Below, in pieces: positions 14,425 through 26,559 of a DNA stretch of 64,000 nt. Source of the DNA: Octopus sinensis (lineage: Eukaryota); contig NC_043013.1 of NCBI RefSeq assembly GCF_006345805.1, forward strand, positions 37,572,001-37,636,000. Reading direction: 5' to 3'. A model generated the notes under the pieces. It did no database searches. It worked only from the letters and a program-made list of their open reading frames with translations, and was not told where the DNA came from. The position numbers and the translations under genes were made by a program. Position 1 is the first letter of the stretch, and each line of letters opens with the position of its first letter.

Positions 14425-14520
14425 GATGGACGGATGAATAGTTGGCTGGCAGGCTGGCAGGCTGGATGGCTGGAGAGACGGATAGATAGATGGATGGATG
14501 GATGGATGGATGGATGGATG
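14425..14520 (+). repeat. (GGCT)n/(GGAT)n tetranucleotide repeat
   Basis: Visible GGATGGAT run preceded by GGCTGGCA units. Confidence 0.85.
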
Positions 14521-14548
14521 CCTTTATTTATAGATACATACCTACCAG

Positions 14549-15218
14549 TTTGATAAGTAAGTATTAGGACTGTTGCCATTGCAACGAAGCTAAAAGACTC
14601 AGAGTAAAGTCACTTGGTGAAGTTTGTCCTTGAACCCTGCTGTGCATGTGCACTACATGTTAGCGTTCTAGCTCACTTCCACTGTTTACAGAAGTGCTTG
14701 GAAGGAAGCGTGTGATCGTCGCATTGGCCATGACAGAGAAAGTTGTCATGGTGCCACCTGCTCAAACGCTTACGCAAAGTTGCAGAAAGTGCATGAAAGT
14801 GCATGTGTTTGAGCTGCACACAAGTGTACGAATGTTTCTGACGTTTCCAAGATGGTCGAGAAAATGTCGTTACTGACAAACGTTCTGGAAGATGCCTAAC
14901 CAGCAGAATTAATAAAAACGTCGCAGCTGTGCGTGCAGCTGTGAGAGTGAATCGTCGAATCACCATCTGTGAGTTATCAGAGAACGTGCAGATTGATTAC
15001 GGTTCATTTCAGGCCGTTACCACTGAAGATTCGTTTATGAGACGCGTGTCTGCCATGTTTGTACCGAAACGGCGTTCCTCTGACCAAAATGTCACACGGG
15101 CTTCAGTGGCAAAATATCTTGATTGCATCGAGAACGATGAAAAACTTTTTCAAATCTTTGCATAGGCCTCTGAGCAGGTATCGCCAAGCTTCTGGCAAAA
15201 TCTGGTGCAGATTCTTTG

Positions 15219-15294
<76 letters not shown>

Positions 15295-15491
15295 ATGGTC
15301 AATGCGACGACCACATGCTACACACATTCCTTCCAAGCAATGCTGCAAATAGCGGAAGTGAACTAGAACGTCAAATCTTAGTGCGCCTGCACAGAGGAGT
15401 TCAAGGTCAATCACTGCGAAGCGATTTATCCTGCGTGCTTTTGCCTCGTGACTATAGCAACAGTCCGGATACTTATTGATCTGACCACGTA
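14549..15491 (+). mobile_element. Non-autonomous fold-back mariner derivative with long inverted arms and decayed transposase N-terminus
   Basis: Ends are inverted (..AAGTATTAGGACTGTTGCC / GCAACAGTCCGGATACTTATTGATC); internal translation RFQDGRENV..RSGR..VRVNRRITICELSENVQIDYGS..MRRVSAMFVPK resembles the mariner HTH region; (CT)n at 15221-15290. Confidence 0.85.
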
Positions 15492-15533
15492 TGTTCTGTG
15501 CCACGGAAAGTCGAAAATCTCAAGAATGCACAC

Positions 15534-15567
<34 letters not shown>

Positions 15568-16598
15568 TATACGTTCATATACATACATGCACACATATCC
15601 ACTGATAATACCTTTTCTTTTCAGGATTCAATAAAATATGTCATCTTGTATCTATGTATGTTTATATTACCAACGTCTGTGTATTGGCAGAATCTTTGAA
15701 CCTTCGGAAAATGAATTCACTTATTCCTCTCAGTTGCTGTATTCTAAGATGCAGTTTTTTCATGGTTAACTTTACTTTTCATTTTGCAACATTAAAATAA
15801 AATAGCTGTGAAGTATTTGAATCGATGTGATCGAATAACACCACGCATTGTGTATAAGTAAGAAATCGTAGCTTCTGTCTGTTGATTGCTTGAAACACGA
15901 CGACCGGAGAAACACCTTTGTGATCATTCTACAGTATTTTCCGGTATACATGTCCAAGTTTTCAAACCAAAAATCCCTCGCTTGCATTAATGATTAAAAC
16001 CTTTCTCTCAGACATTTCTCATTTACACTCACAGAGCTCAGCCTACAAGTCACAGACTGGCTAACATTCATTAACTTAATTCCAGGCAAATCATAGATAA
16101 AAACTAGCCATGTTGATCGATGTAATTTGCTAAAGTATTGACGTATTACATACATTTTAATAACTTTTATTATAATTGTTTTATTTATAATTATTTTCTT
16201 TTAATCGTTTATATAATCACTTGTTTAAACCCGAAGGTATTTATTCCCGATGGAAAACTTTCTCAACATGATTAACCAACCATTACTTCTGTACTTAAAG
16301 TCATCAGTGAAAACCAAACAACGCCGACGCTATTTTAGCAATCGTCATCATTATCACGAACCATAAACTCAGTTTTGCATCACCTACGCTTTTGTTTCGC
16401 GTCTGTATATCTGAATGACTAAAGGAGGTATGTTACCAGACTGTGAAAGGACCACGAAATGTTGTACGAAAGACAACGGCTATTAAATAAACAATTGGTA
16501 TGTAGGTGTGTGTATGCATCTATACATACATATGCCTATACATACATATACACGTGCATGTGGTTATACATATATACACATATATATTTATTTATATG

Positions 16599-16637
<39 letters not shown>

Positions 16638-16640
<3 letters not shown>

Positions 16641-16789
16641 TGTGTGGTAAGTAGCTTGCTATCCAACCACATGGTTCCGGGTTTCTGTCCCACTGCGTGG
16701 CATCTTGGGCAAGTGTCTTCTGCTATAGCCCCGGGCCGACCAATGCCTTGTGAGTGGATTTGGTAGACGGAAACTGAAAGAAGCCTGTC

Positions 16790-16835
<46 letters not shown>

Positions 16836-17049
16836 GTGTGTCTATGTGTGTGTCTGTGTTTGTCTCCCTAGCATTGCTTGACAACCGATGCCAGTGTGTT
16901 TACGTCCCCGTCACTTAGCGGTTCGGCAAAAGAGACCTCTAGAATAAGTACTGGGCTTACAAAAGAATAAGTCCCGGAGTCGATTTGCTCGACTAAAGGC
17001 GGTGCTCCAGCATGACCGCAGTCAAATGGCTGAAACAAGTAAAAGAGTA
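16638..17049 (+). mobile_element. tRNA-derived CORE-type SINE (family 2) with central (TA)n(TG)n tract and LINE-like 3' tail
   Basis: GGCTGTGTGGTAAG A-box-like motif, GGTTCCGGGT.., CORE-like CTTGGGCAAGTG, 3' GGCGGTGCTCCAGCATG..GAAACAAGTAAAAGAG. Confidence 0.9.
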
Positions 17050-17066
17050 TATATATATATATACAT

Positions 17067-17112
<46 letters not shown>

Positions 17113-17490
17113 CGTTTTGGGATTTGGTTTGCAAGATCCTATATGTCAGTTCGTGTGTTGAAGCATATTCTGTTGTGTCTGGGGAGAGTCATTTTCTTTT
17201 TGTGCCTTATAATTTAACACACTCACCAGTAAAATTTCCACTTATTTCTTATTTTTATGTTCCTAAAATTTTCGTTGCGCCTTGCAACCTTTTCAATTGC
17301 CTTGACTCTGTCCGTTATTTACATTGCGTTCCTATTTGTTTGTTTGTACGCATGTGTGTGGGTCAGTGTGTGTGTGCGTGTGTGTGCCTATGTATGCATG
17401 TACGTAAGTATGTATGCGTGTATGTATGTATGTATGCAAGTGTGTGTATGTATACATGTGTGTGTATGCATATGTATATGTGAATGTATG

Positions 17491-18143
17491 TTGCAGAAAA
17501 TGTATGGAGAGAAGTGTAGGAGCTGCACACAAGTGCACGAGTGGTTCAGACGTTTCCAAGATGGCCGAATAAATGTCGATATTGACGAACGTTTGTGGTG
17601 ACACCTAACCAGCAGAACTGATAAAAATATAGCAGATGAGTGTGCAAGTGTGAGGGGAAATCCTCGAATCACCATCCTTGAGTTATCAGAGAAGATGCAG
17701 GTTAGTGACGGTTCAGTTCAGTCCATTATCATAGAAGATTTGGGTATGAGACGCGTATCTGCCACGTTACCGTCAAAACTGCTTTCAGCTGAGCAAAAGG
17801 ACACTCGGATTTCAGTTGCACAAGATCCCTTTCATTTTTATCGAGAACGATGAAAATTTTTTCAAAAGTTTGAGTAGGCTTCTTAGCAGGTATCGCCAAG
17901 CTTCTGGCAAAATTTTATGCAGAATCTCTGCTCAACTATCTCTGTCATGTTCAATGCGACGATCACACGCGAAACATATTCTTTCGATAGGAATGTTGTA
18001 AACAGTGGAAGTCAGCGAGAATGTTAGAGATAAGTGCGCATGCATATCAGATTTCAAGATCAATCTGTGCGAAGCGAATTTACGCTGTGTACATTAACTT
18101 CGTTACTATGGTAACAGTCCGGATACTTGTTGATCAGCCGTCG

Positions 18144-18144
<1 letters not shown>
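17491..18144 (+). mobile_element. Fold-back mariner derivative, second copy (left arm missing)
   Basis: Translation QKMYGEKCRSCTQVHEWFRRFQDGRINVDIDER and NPRITILELSEKMQVSDGSVQSIIIEDLGMRRVSA; same right arm as 14549-15491. Confidence 0.85.
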
Positions 18145-18175
<31 letters not shown>

Positions 18176-18254
18176 CATGTGTGTGTGTGTGTGTGTTATT
18201 AGTGTGTATGTATGTATGTATGTACATACGCATATATCTCTCTCTATATATACG

Positions 18255-18325
18255 TATATATAGTGCAGTGATCTGCAGCTAAATGGCTTGCTTCTAGCAA
18301 AAACTGTCCGATGAACGGCAATGCG

Positions 18326-18366
<41 letters not shown>

Positions 18367-18790
18367 AAAAGTAGGATAAAATCTTTATAAGAATTTATCA
18401 AATAGTCAGCGTGTAAAACCTCATCAGAGAAAAATCCACCATTTGTTTTCATTTAAATATATTTATTTATATTATATAGAGGGCATTACTACACATTTAT
18501 GCCACACGCTAGGAGGGACTCTTAAAGTCAAAACTACTAAAATAAATAAACATACCAGACGAACAACACTTCTATATACTACGTTACGTAGTATATAGAA
18601 GTGTTCACCCCTTATACATCTATGTAAATGGCGGGTTTTTTCGTCTGGTAAGTTGATTTTGTTCATTCATTATAAATCTTGAATTATGCTTTTACTGATC
18701 AGTAATGAGTGCACCACCTCACTGATTATAAAATCACAGTGATCTGCAGCTAAATTCTATTTTTAAATGGCTTGCTTCGAGAGTTGCATT
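18255..18790. mobile_element. Penelope-like terminal-repeat remnant (tentative) with a decayed hammerhead
   Basis: CAGTGATCTGCAGCTAAAT..AATGGCTTGCTT occurs twice (~18267, ~18733); AAAAACTGTCCGATGAACGGCAATGCGAAA at ~18299-18328 matches the 34857 ribozyme module. Confidence 0.45.
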
Positions 18791-18972
18791 CGGTACGATA
18801 TGCTTATTTATTTTAGTAGTTCCTCCTAGCCTGTGGCATTTATGTGTAGTAATGCCCTCTATATAATATAATATAATATAATATAATATATATATATATT
18901 ATATATATTAGCAATTGGCAAATATGCACTCGTATATATAGAGAAATGTATTGGAAAAAGTATGTAGTTATA

Positions 18973-19013
<41 letters not shown>

Positions 19014-19597
19014 TGCACTCTTGAGATTTTCCATTTTCCATGCCACGGGATATATGTATATAGCTATCAATACAAACATCCATCCATCCATCTAGCCATC
19101 TATGTATCTATCAGTTCCTCAATCCAACCAGCCAACCCTTCATCCGTCCAACCATCATTCATCAATATGTACAAACGCACATACATAGAAAGAAACATAC
19201 ATGCGTACATATTTAAGAAATTAATGAAAGAAGGAGTACATCTGTACGAATGACGTGAACTTGATGTTTCTGTCGAGTTCACTGTAATTGGAACAATCTA
19301 GATTCTTAGAATAACTGCCAAATACGAGAGAAGCAACATGTTTTGCTTTCATTAGTGAAATCCAGAATAACGGTATCTAATTTGATGGCAGCTGGAACGT
19401 TAAGTAAGCGATAGTTTTCTATCTCAAACTGTAAGTAAACAGAGACGATTAAGCATGTGACTGTTTAGTGAACGATAACGTAAACCGATGAAGTAATAAG
19501 CGGGGTGGGGATAAGAAACAAATCTTCCTATCTTCTATTTCTCACCACAAGTGTGTGGCTCTACCGAAGAATCCATATTGCATATTGATACCTGTTC

Positions 19598-19694
<97 letters not shown>

Positions 19695-19857
19695 TAGTTA
19701 TATATATATAATATATATGTATATATATATATGTGTGTGTGTGTATATATATATATGTATATATAATAGTAATTCGAGACAAAACCACTATTTTGCAAAA
19801 CAAACAAGGAAAGACTTAATCAATACATAAAAATTTTTAATATAAAGAAATAAACCG

Positions 19858-19900
19858 CCACTACAATCGTTTCATGTCTTCAATGACATTCGTCAGGTGG
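19858..19900 (-). ncRNA. Minimal type-I hammerhead ribozyme motif (inverted copy)
   Basis: Exact reverse complement of 19945-19987. Confidence 0.8.
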
Positions 19901-19944
19901 ATTTTCGATCTCCTAAAATTAAAACAGATTAGGAGATCGAAAAT

Positions 19945-19987
19945 CCACCTGACGAATGTCATTGAAGACATGAAACGATTGTAGTGG
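19945..19987 (+). ncRNA. Minimal type-I hammerhead ribozyme motif
   Basis: CCAC CTGACGA ATGTC attgaa GACAT GAAAC gatt GTA GTGG: intact CUGANGA and GAAA core, 4-bp stem I, 5-bp stem II, GUA cleavage triplet. Confidence 0.8.
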
Positions 19988-20169
19988 CGGTTTATTTCTT
20001 TATATTAAAAATTTTTATGTATTGATTAAGTCTTTCCTTGTTTGATTTGCAAAATAGTGGTTTGTATCGAATTACTATTATATAATATTTTTCTATAAAA
20101 TTGGATTTAATCCTAAATCTGATTTTTTCCCTGTAAATTTGGATTTATTCCCTAATATTTATTATGATA

Positions 20170-20215
<46 letters not shown>

Positions 20216-20655
20216 TATATATATTGTGTATATGTATGTATGTATTTATGTATGTATGTGTATATCATAGGTCAGGATACAACATGTAACTGTGATTGAA
20301 AGAAAACTAAAACTCTGAAAAACCACCCACTATATGCGAACACGCACGGAGGACGTAGCAAATGCATTTAGGAAAACGGTCGTCCCCAATTGTAAAACTA
20401 CAAAGAGGAAGGTAGGTGTCCCAGCATCAAACGATTTCTCTTTTTATGCCGGATTTATACTTAAATCTCATCAGCTAGGATTACTACATTTAACTATTTA
20501 AAAAAAATATATCTAACTTTCCGTATGCGTAGGCTTTCAGCTGACGGTCATGCGACTTCTAAACGAGCATTAGCGAGTAAGTATAAATTACTAAAGTTAT
20601 CATTATGTTTAAAAAAATTATGATGAACTGGCCAGCAAACGTAATCCAAAGATGC

Positions 20656-20697
<42 letters not shown>

Positions 20698-20804
20698 ATA
20701 TACAAAAGAGAGAGAAAGAGAAACAGAGAGAGAATGCTGAATAGATACATCTCCACAATACACATACATACATACGTACGCACGTACGTATATATACATA
20801 TAAG

Positions 20805-20836
<32 letters not shown>

Positions 20837-20850
20837 CATATGTATGTATG

Positions 20851-20883
<33 letters not shown>

Positions 20884-21221
20884 TGTATATATATATAATA
20901 TATATATATATATATTATATATAAAAGTGTGTGTGTGTGTGTATGTGTGTCTGTGTGTCTGTGTGTCTGTATACACGGCAGAGGTAGATCTCTAACATTC
21001 AACTGATGAGAATTTGTTTGTTCGATAAACTAAATTACTACCTCGTGAATTAAAGTGTATGTGGTTGAGCTCTCATAGTTACACGTTCCATTAACTTGTA
21101 ACTTGGGCGCACATTAATGTGTTCAAGCACTAGAACCTTTTTTTAATTACAAACGGAGCTTATAACATCTCTATACATTCTGTCAAACCAATTTCCCTCA
21201 CAATATACATTTTGACTAAGG

Positions 21222-21335
21222 TGGCGAGCTGGCAGAACATTTAATACGTCGGGTGAAATACTTAGCGGTATTTCGTCTGCCGTTACGTTCTGAGTTCAAA
21301 TTTCGCCGAGGTCGACTTTGCTTTTTATCCCTTCA
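21222..21335 (+). mobile_element. SINE family 1, 3'-truncated
   Basis: GGTGGCGAGCTGGCAGAA..GAGTTCAAATTTCGCCGAGGTCGACTTTGC. Confidence 0.85.
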
Positions 21336-21480
21336 ATAGAATAAATGCCTATTGAGCCCTGTTCTCCATGTAATTTTGAAGCCATCATTCCTATGTATGT
21401 ATGTATGTATGCCTGCATGTATGTATGCATGTATATATATATATATATCCCTCTATCGATCTGTGTTTCTTTATATATTC

Positions 21481-21685
21481 TTTTATTCTTTTGTTTCAGT
21501 CATTTGACTGTGATCATACTGGAGCACCGACTTTAGTCGAAGAAATCTATCCCAGGACTTATTCTTTGTAAGCGTAGTACCTATTCTATCGGAGACTCTT
21601 GCCGATCCGCTAAATTACAGGGACGTAAACACACCTACACTGGCTGTCAAGCGATGGCGGGGGGAAAAACAGACACAAAAACATA
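21481..21685 (-). mobile_element. SINE family 2, 3' half
   Basis: Reverse complement of ..CAGCATGATCACAGTCAAATGACTGAAACA tail and GACGTAAACACACC segment. Confidence 0.8.
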
Positions 21686-21730
21686 TATATATATAATATA
21701 TATGTTTATATATAGGTGTATTTATATATA

Positions 21731-22048
21731 TGTGGTCGTGGTAAGAAACTTGTTTCCCAACCACATGTTTCCGGTTTCAGTCTCACTGCATGGCAACTTG
21801 AGCAAGTTTCTTCTATTGCCCAGGTCCCACCCAAGCCTCGTGATTGGATTTGGTAGACGGAAGCTGAAAGAAGACCAACATATATATATATATATATATC
21901 TGTGTCTACGTGTGTGTCTCTGTCTCTGATCCCAGGATTTAAAAAAATAACTCCTGAGATCGAATTACTCGACTAAAAAAAAAACACTGTATGTTGGTGC
22001 TACGACATGGCCGTAGTCAAATGACTGAAACACGTAAAAGAATAAAAT
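21731..22048 (+). mobile_element. SINE family 2, diverged copy with internal deletion
   Basis: CCAACCACATG..CTTGAGCAAG..GGATTTGGTAGACGGAAGCTGAAAGAAG, then (TA)n and tail ATGGCCGTAGTCAAATGACTGAAAC. Confidence 0.8.
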
Positions 22049-23357
22049 ATTTTGTCACATATATGTATACAGATGTATACAGACATATTGTCATCTATGT
22101 GCATATATTAACATACTCACACGTATGTATATGTATTTGCTAACTATTTGTTGAGATTTAAATGGTAAGAAAAACACTAAATACAAATAAAGAAGATATG
22201 AAATCATGAAATTAAGTAAAAAGTTAATTACTTACCCTTACGAAGTCTTTATTAAGTAACACCCGCTAGCTTTTATTATTAGGTTTCTATAATTAATTGT
22301 AATATAAGTATGTTTATCATAAGATAAATAAAACGCACAAATTCTTGCGCTGTTTATATTTTACAAAGACAGGTTGGGCGTTGCACATACCTATCATTTA
22401 ATTGCTTTCTATTATATCACTTCAGCAAATACTACACTCTTATACACCCTTATAATGTATATCCTTCCTTCTTTTAGTCTGAGATGTGTATTACTCTATA
22501 CCATTTCATGAACGTTGTGTGGAATCCTCTGCAAGGTGCCTTGGGGACTACATTCCGCCACTGGAATGAAAGGGATACTGAGAATGACTCCCTTAAGTTC
22601 TATTTACAGAATAGTGCAATGGACCCGAGAAAGAAACAGCCAAACATTGAGTGATTTCTAGTCAAGGGTTACATTGATAGTTTTACTTCATTTTATTTAT
22701 TTCTTTTTTTGTTGAAGTTCGAATGACAGAAGATAACTTCAGCAGAATTTGATATGAAAGAACACACTGTCGGAAGAAAATAGCCTTTTTGACCGATGAT
22801 TTAAACATTCCGCCCAACAAGCGACTTATCTCTTTCCCTTCTAATGTTTAATCATTTTTGATAGCTCTCTACATTCTGAGTTGACAGGCTGCAGTGGGCA
22901 ACACATCATTCCTAAATTTGTGACTTCGTGATTATATTGCAAATAATTCTGAGTTCAAATCCTGCTGATGTTAGCTCTGTCATTCATTTTTCTGTGTTTG
23001 GTAAAATAAAGTCCCAATTAATTACAAGAGTCGATTTAATCAACTCACCCCTCTGTAGATATCCATGTACCTATAATGGAAATGATTCTTTAATTCTAAA
23101 GTCAGCGATCTGTCTCAATCGTTACTGTGCTCTTAGGAACATTTCGTCTGACGATAATTTCTGATTTTAAATTCTACTAAGGTCTACTTTACCTTTCACT
23201 CTTTTGGGGATTGATGAAATAAATACTCGTTAACCACTCGGATAGGTGTAATTACCTAACCCCTCCTCACAAACTTGCAAGCCATCTGCTAGTATTAGAG
23301 AGGATTATTTAAGTGTTTTTGGTGATTTTACTTATTACAATGCAGGTAAGGCAATGA

Positions 23358-24558
23358 TATTAAATTGTTGTTGCATTTTACAACACATTTGGTTGTAGCG
23401 TTTAGCATTTCCAACGAAAATAAAACAAAAGTTTTAAATACAAAGTGATTTATCCAATAGCTTATGTGCTTGCCAGTGCGTTCCAGTAACTTTTAGTATG
23501 TAGTGGGCAGATCAATTAGTCCTTCGTCAAACAATTTCCCGTCTTCTATGGCCACAAAATCTTCTAGGTGAGTTTTTAAATGCGCTTCGGAGTTAAACGT
23601 CTGTCCATTGAAGGAAGTGAGCGAAACAGACGGAAATTTGAAGGCAAAAGATAAGAAAATGGAGGGCGCGGGAAAGCTTCACTGCTAAGCCCCAATAACT
23701 TTTGATGCGTCTCCAAATAAGAGTGCGGTCTAGCTTTAGTAGAGGCTTATGGTGGACGCTGCACTTAATTTGTGCTGCTGGTCACAGTACACACCCGAAT
23801 TAATGGTTCTGACCATGGGAAGAAACTCGTTAAAGACGTCCTCTAAACCCACCACATTGAAAGCATATTCTTCGTGTGAATTCTTACTCTCGAGATTGTC
23901 TTTGAGGGTTCATAGCGTTTTCTTCATAGATATAGACAAAATAGTTTTCTTCCTCGCATCACCATACTTTTCAGAAATCAACCGTTTTTTTTTTCTTCCT
24001 CACATTTCTGCAATGTAAATCTGCCGGGCAAGATTAACCTCCTCCAATTCATTTGAGACATTAATTGCGACCCTGCTAACGAAACAAAGCTGATGCAAGA
24101 GAACTTCATTCAAGATTTGCATTTTTAATAAATATTTGCGATCATCCTGGTCATATAACAGAGTTTCGTGTCGCTGTTAATCTAAGTTGGTCAGTCAGAG
24201 TTAGATATATTTTCAACGGAAAATTTTCCGGATTGGAATCATGGAAACCACTTTTGAAACTCAGGTTTCATAGTAACTTCCACTTCTTCACCGGAGCATA
24301 TTTTTGACCGCATTCTTGCCTTATTGAAAATATATAAAATCATGAAGTGTCGATAATATTTGTTTTGGTTCCACGTTTTTAGAGTGAGCCCATACTCACA
24401 AAATACAATCGGGTAGCAATTTCGTGGCGACCTCGGTTGTAGTGTTAAGATTCTAACCAGTGCGTACGTGCAAAGGACAGACTGAATTTGGTTACTTAAT
24501 AGAGTGCATGAAGTTTAGTGTTGACAGAAACCAAACGGACTTTTCGTCCAAACTAATA
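23358..24558 (-). pseudogene. Near full-length decayed mariner transposon (transposase pseudogene)
   Basis: Minus-strand fragments across frameshifts: NQNKYYRHFMIL, KWFP*FQSGKFS, MLSMWW, EFLPMVRTINSGVYCDQ, EAFPRPPFSYLLPSNFRLFRSL (cf. HPPYSPDLAPSDYHLFRSL), NGQTFNSEAHLKTHLEDF; TIR-like TATTAGTTTGGACGAAAAGTCCGTTTGG at 24531-24558. Confidence 0.85.
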
Positions 24559-24939
24559 TATTCTTAAAGGTCGAGTTCACTAAACGCTGAAGCTGTTGAT
24601 GAATTTGGAACAAATAGGCTTTTATATACAAATAAGAATAATTTCAAGTATGCAAAGTTCAAATTGTTGCTGAAAATAGTCGAAGTAAGTTATCTTTAGA
24701 TTTTTGCTTTTTGATGTCCGGTTTAATGACGGGTTCCGTCGTGTTTATTTAATATGTAAGTTTTGAGGAATACAATTTTGCTTCGTTGAAATATTTGTTT
24801 AATTGAATGTAAACACGTTCACATGTTTGTATACCATTAAGCAATATATTACTATCCTATTTTGAAATACATACATATATACATACATGTATATATACAT
24901 ACATATATATATATATATATATAATATATATATATAAAA

Positions 24940-26450
24940 TATTATTTGAGACAAAACCACTATTTTGCAAAACAAACAAGGAAAGACTTAATCAATACAT
25001 AAAATTTAATAAATAGTCAAAAAAACCGCCACTACAATCGTTTCTTGTCTTGATCGACAATCTTCAGGTGGACTTCCAATCTAAAAAATCAAAATTTTAA
25101 AATATAAAAATAATACTTTTAAATAATTAAAGTATAAATGAAAAAATATAAGTATATAATCCATATATAACCTATATATAATCCATATCGAAAATATAGA
25201 CTAATTACCACGAATTCCCTAAAAAAACCATGATAAAACAAAACTCTTAAAAACATATAACGATAAAATCTCCCTTTGCTAAACTCTATAACAAACCTAT
25301 AAAGTAAACCCCCTAACCTAAACATTCACACACAAATACACACACGTAAACCACAGACTCACGACTTATACACAACCTATACTAACTTATAAACCTCAAT
25401 ATACACCAACCCACTCCCTCCCCACACAGACAAATTAACACATACATCCAAAACCTAAATAACAAACCCATATACACATTCACACACAAAACCACACTCA
25501 CACACGCAAAACACTCACACACAAATACATATACTCCCTCACATATACGCCTATACATACTCACTAAATTCGACATATACAACAATACTTACCACCCACA
25601 AAAAACATTATATACATTTATGAGCTTTAACTCACCTTAGCATCTCTAACAAACAACTTGCAGTAACCCAATCCCATTCTCTATGCCTACCTCACTACTA
25701 CACTATTCCATTCACATTCCAAGCAACGCTAGTCCACCACCCGGTTATTCACGTGGCAAAACGAACACCACTCAAAAATTATGAATGAAACAATGTAAAA
25801 AAATAACCAACACCTAAAATAGACAAAATACCACGAATTACCTAAAAAAAAAAACCATGATAAACCAAAACTCATAAAAGCATATAACGATAAATCCCCT
25901 TTGCTAAACCCTATAACAACTTATATAGCAATCCCCCTAACCTAAACATTCACACACAAAAAACCCACACGTAAACCACAGACCCAAGACTTATACACAA
26001 ACCTATACTAACTTATAAACCTCAATATACACCAAAAACCACTCCCTCCCCACACAGACAAATTAACACATACATCCCAAATCCTAAATAACAAACCCAA
26101 ATACACATTCACACACAACACGCACACACGCAAAACACACACACACAACAGATACATATGCTCCCTCACATATACGCATATACATACTCACTAAAACTCG
26201 ATATATACAACATATTTACACCCACACTCATACAGATAAATAAATTAATTATACAATTAAAAACTCACAACCAATCTCATATACATAAACACTCTTATGA
26301 AAACAACAATAAATACATCGTAATTAACCAGAATATCAAAAATAACATTATGACATAAGGATAAATCAAATACATACTTACAATTCAGTTACAAATTATG
26401 AAGTGAAATTAGATTATTAGCCGTTAAAAAACCAACAAAATTACGTTACC
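24940..26450 (-). mobile_element. Penelope-like module: pseudo-LTR with hammerhead plus ~1.3-kb strand-skewed non-coding body
   Basis: 24948-25071 matches 19775-19900; the following body is A/C-rich and G-poor on the + strand with a ~400-bp internal direct repeat (25206-25600 vs 25829-26226). Confidence 0.55.
25029..25071 (-). ncRNA. Minimal type-I hammerhead ribozyme motif
   Basis: Minus strand CCAC CTGAAGA TTGTC gatcaa GACAA GAAAC gatt GTA GTGG; the first stem II pair is T-A versus A-T in the 19945 copy. Confidence 0.8.
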
Positions 26451-26483
26451 ATTTATATATTTATATATATATATGTATGTATA

Positions 26484-26558
<75 letters not shown>

Positions 26559-26559
<1 letters not shown>

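Larger units (their letters stand above)
19759..20160. mobile_element. Penelope-like pseudo-LTR module as a fold-back palindrome (arms 19759-19916 and 19929-20085)
   Basis: Arms ~157 bp with about 3 differences, 12-nt spacer; same sequence family at 24940 and 46200; carries a hammerhead motif; flanked by (TA)n. Confidence 0.7.

Noticed and set aside
16638-16700. SINE heads as tRNA genes (also 2401, 26559, 45900, 62300)
   Set aside because: A/B-box-like motifs are present but there is no full cloverleaf or acceptor stem, and each continues into a SINE body
17262-17297. Hammerhead-like GTTGC-aaggc-GCAAC-GAAA on the minus strand
   Set aside because: The upstream core reads TTGAAAAG, not CUGANGA, and stems I and III are not convincing; single copy in the window
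18421-18427. CTGATGA on the minus strand
   Set aside because: No stem II followed by GAAA downstream
25080-26400. Mitochondrial insertion (NUMT), suggested by strong A/C strand skew
   Set aside because: No tRNA, rRNA or mitochondrial-code ORF recognisable, and it is contiguous with a nuclear repeat module; a BLAST against the mitogenome would settle it
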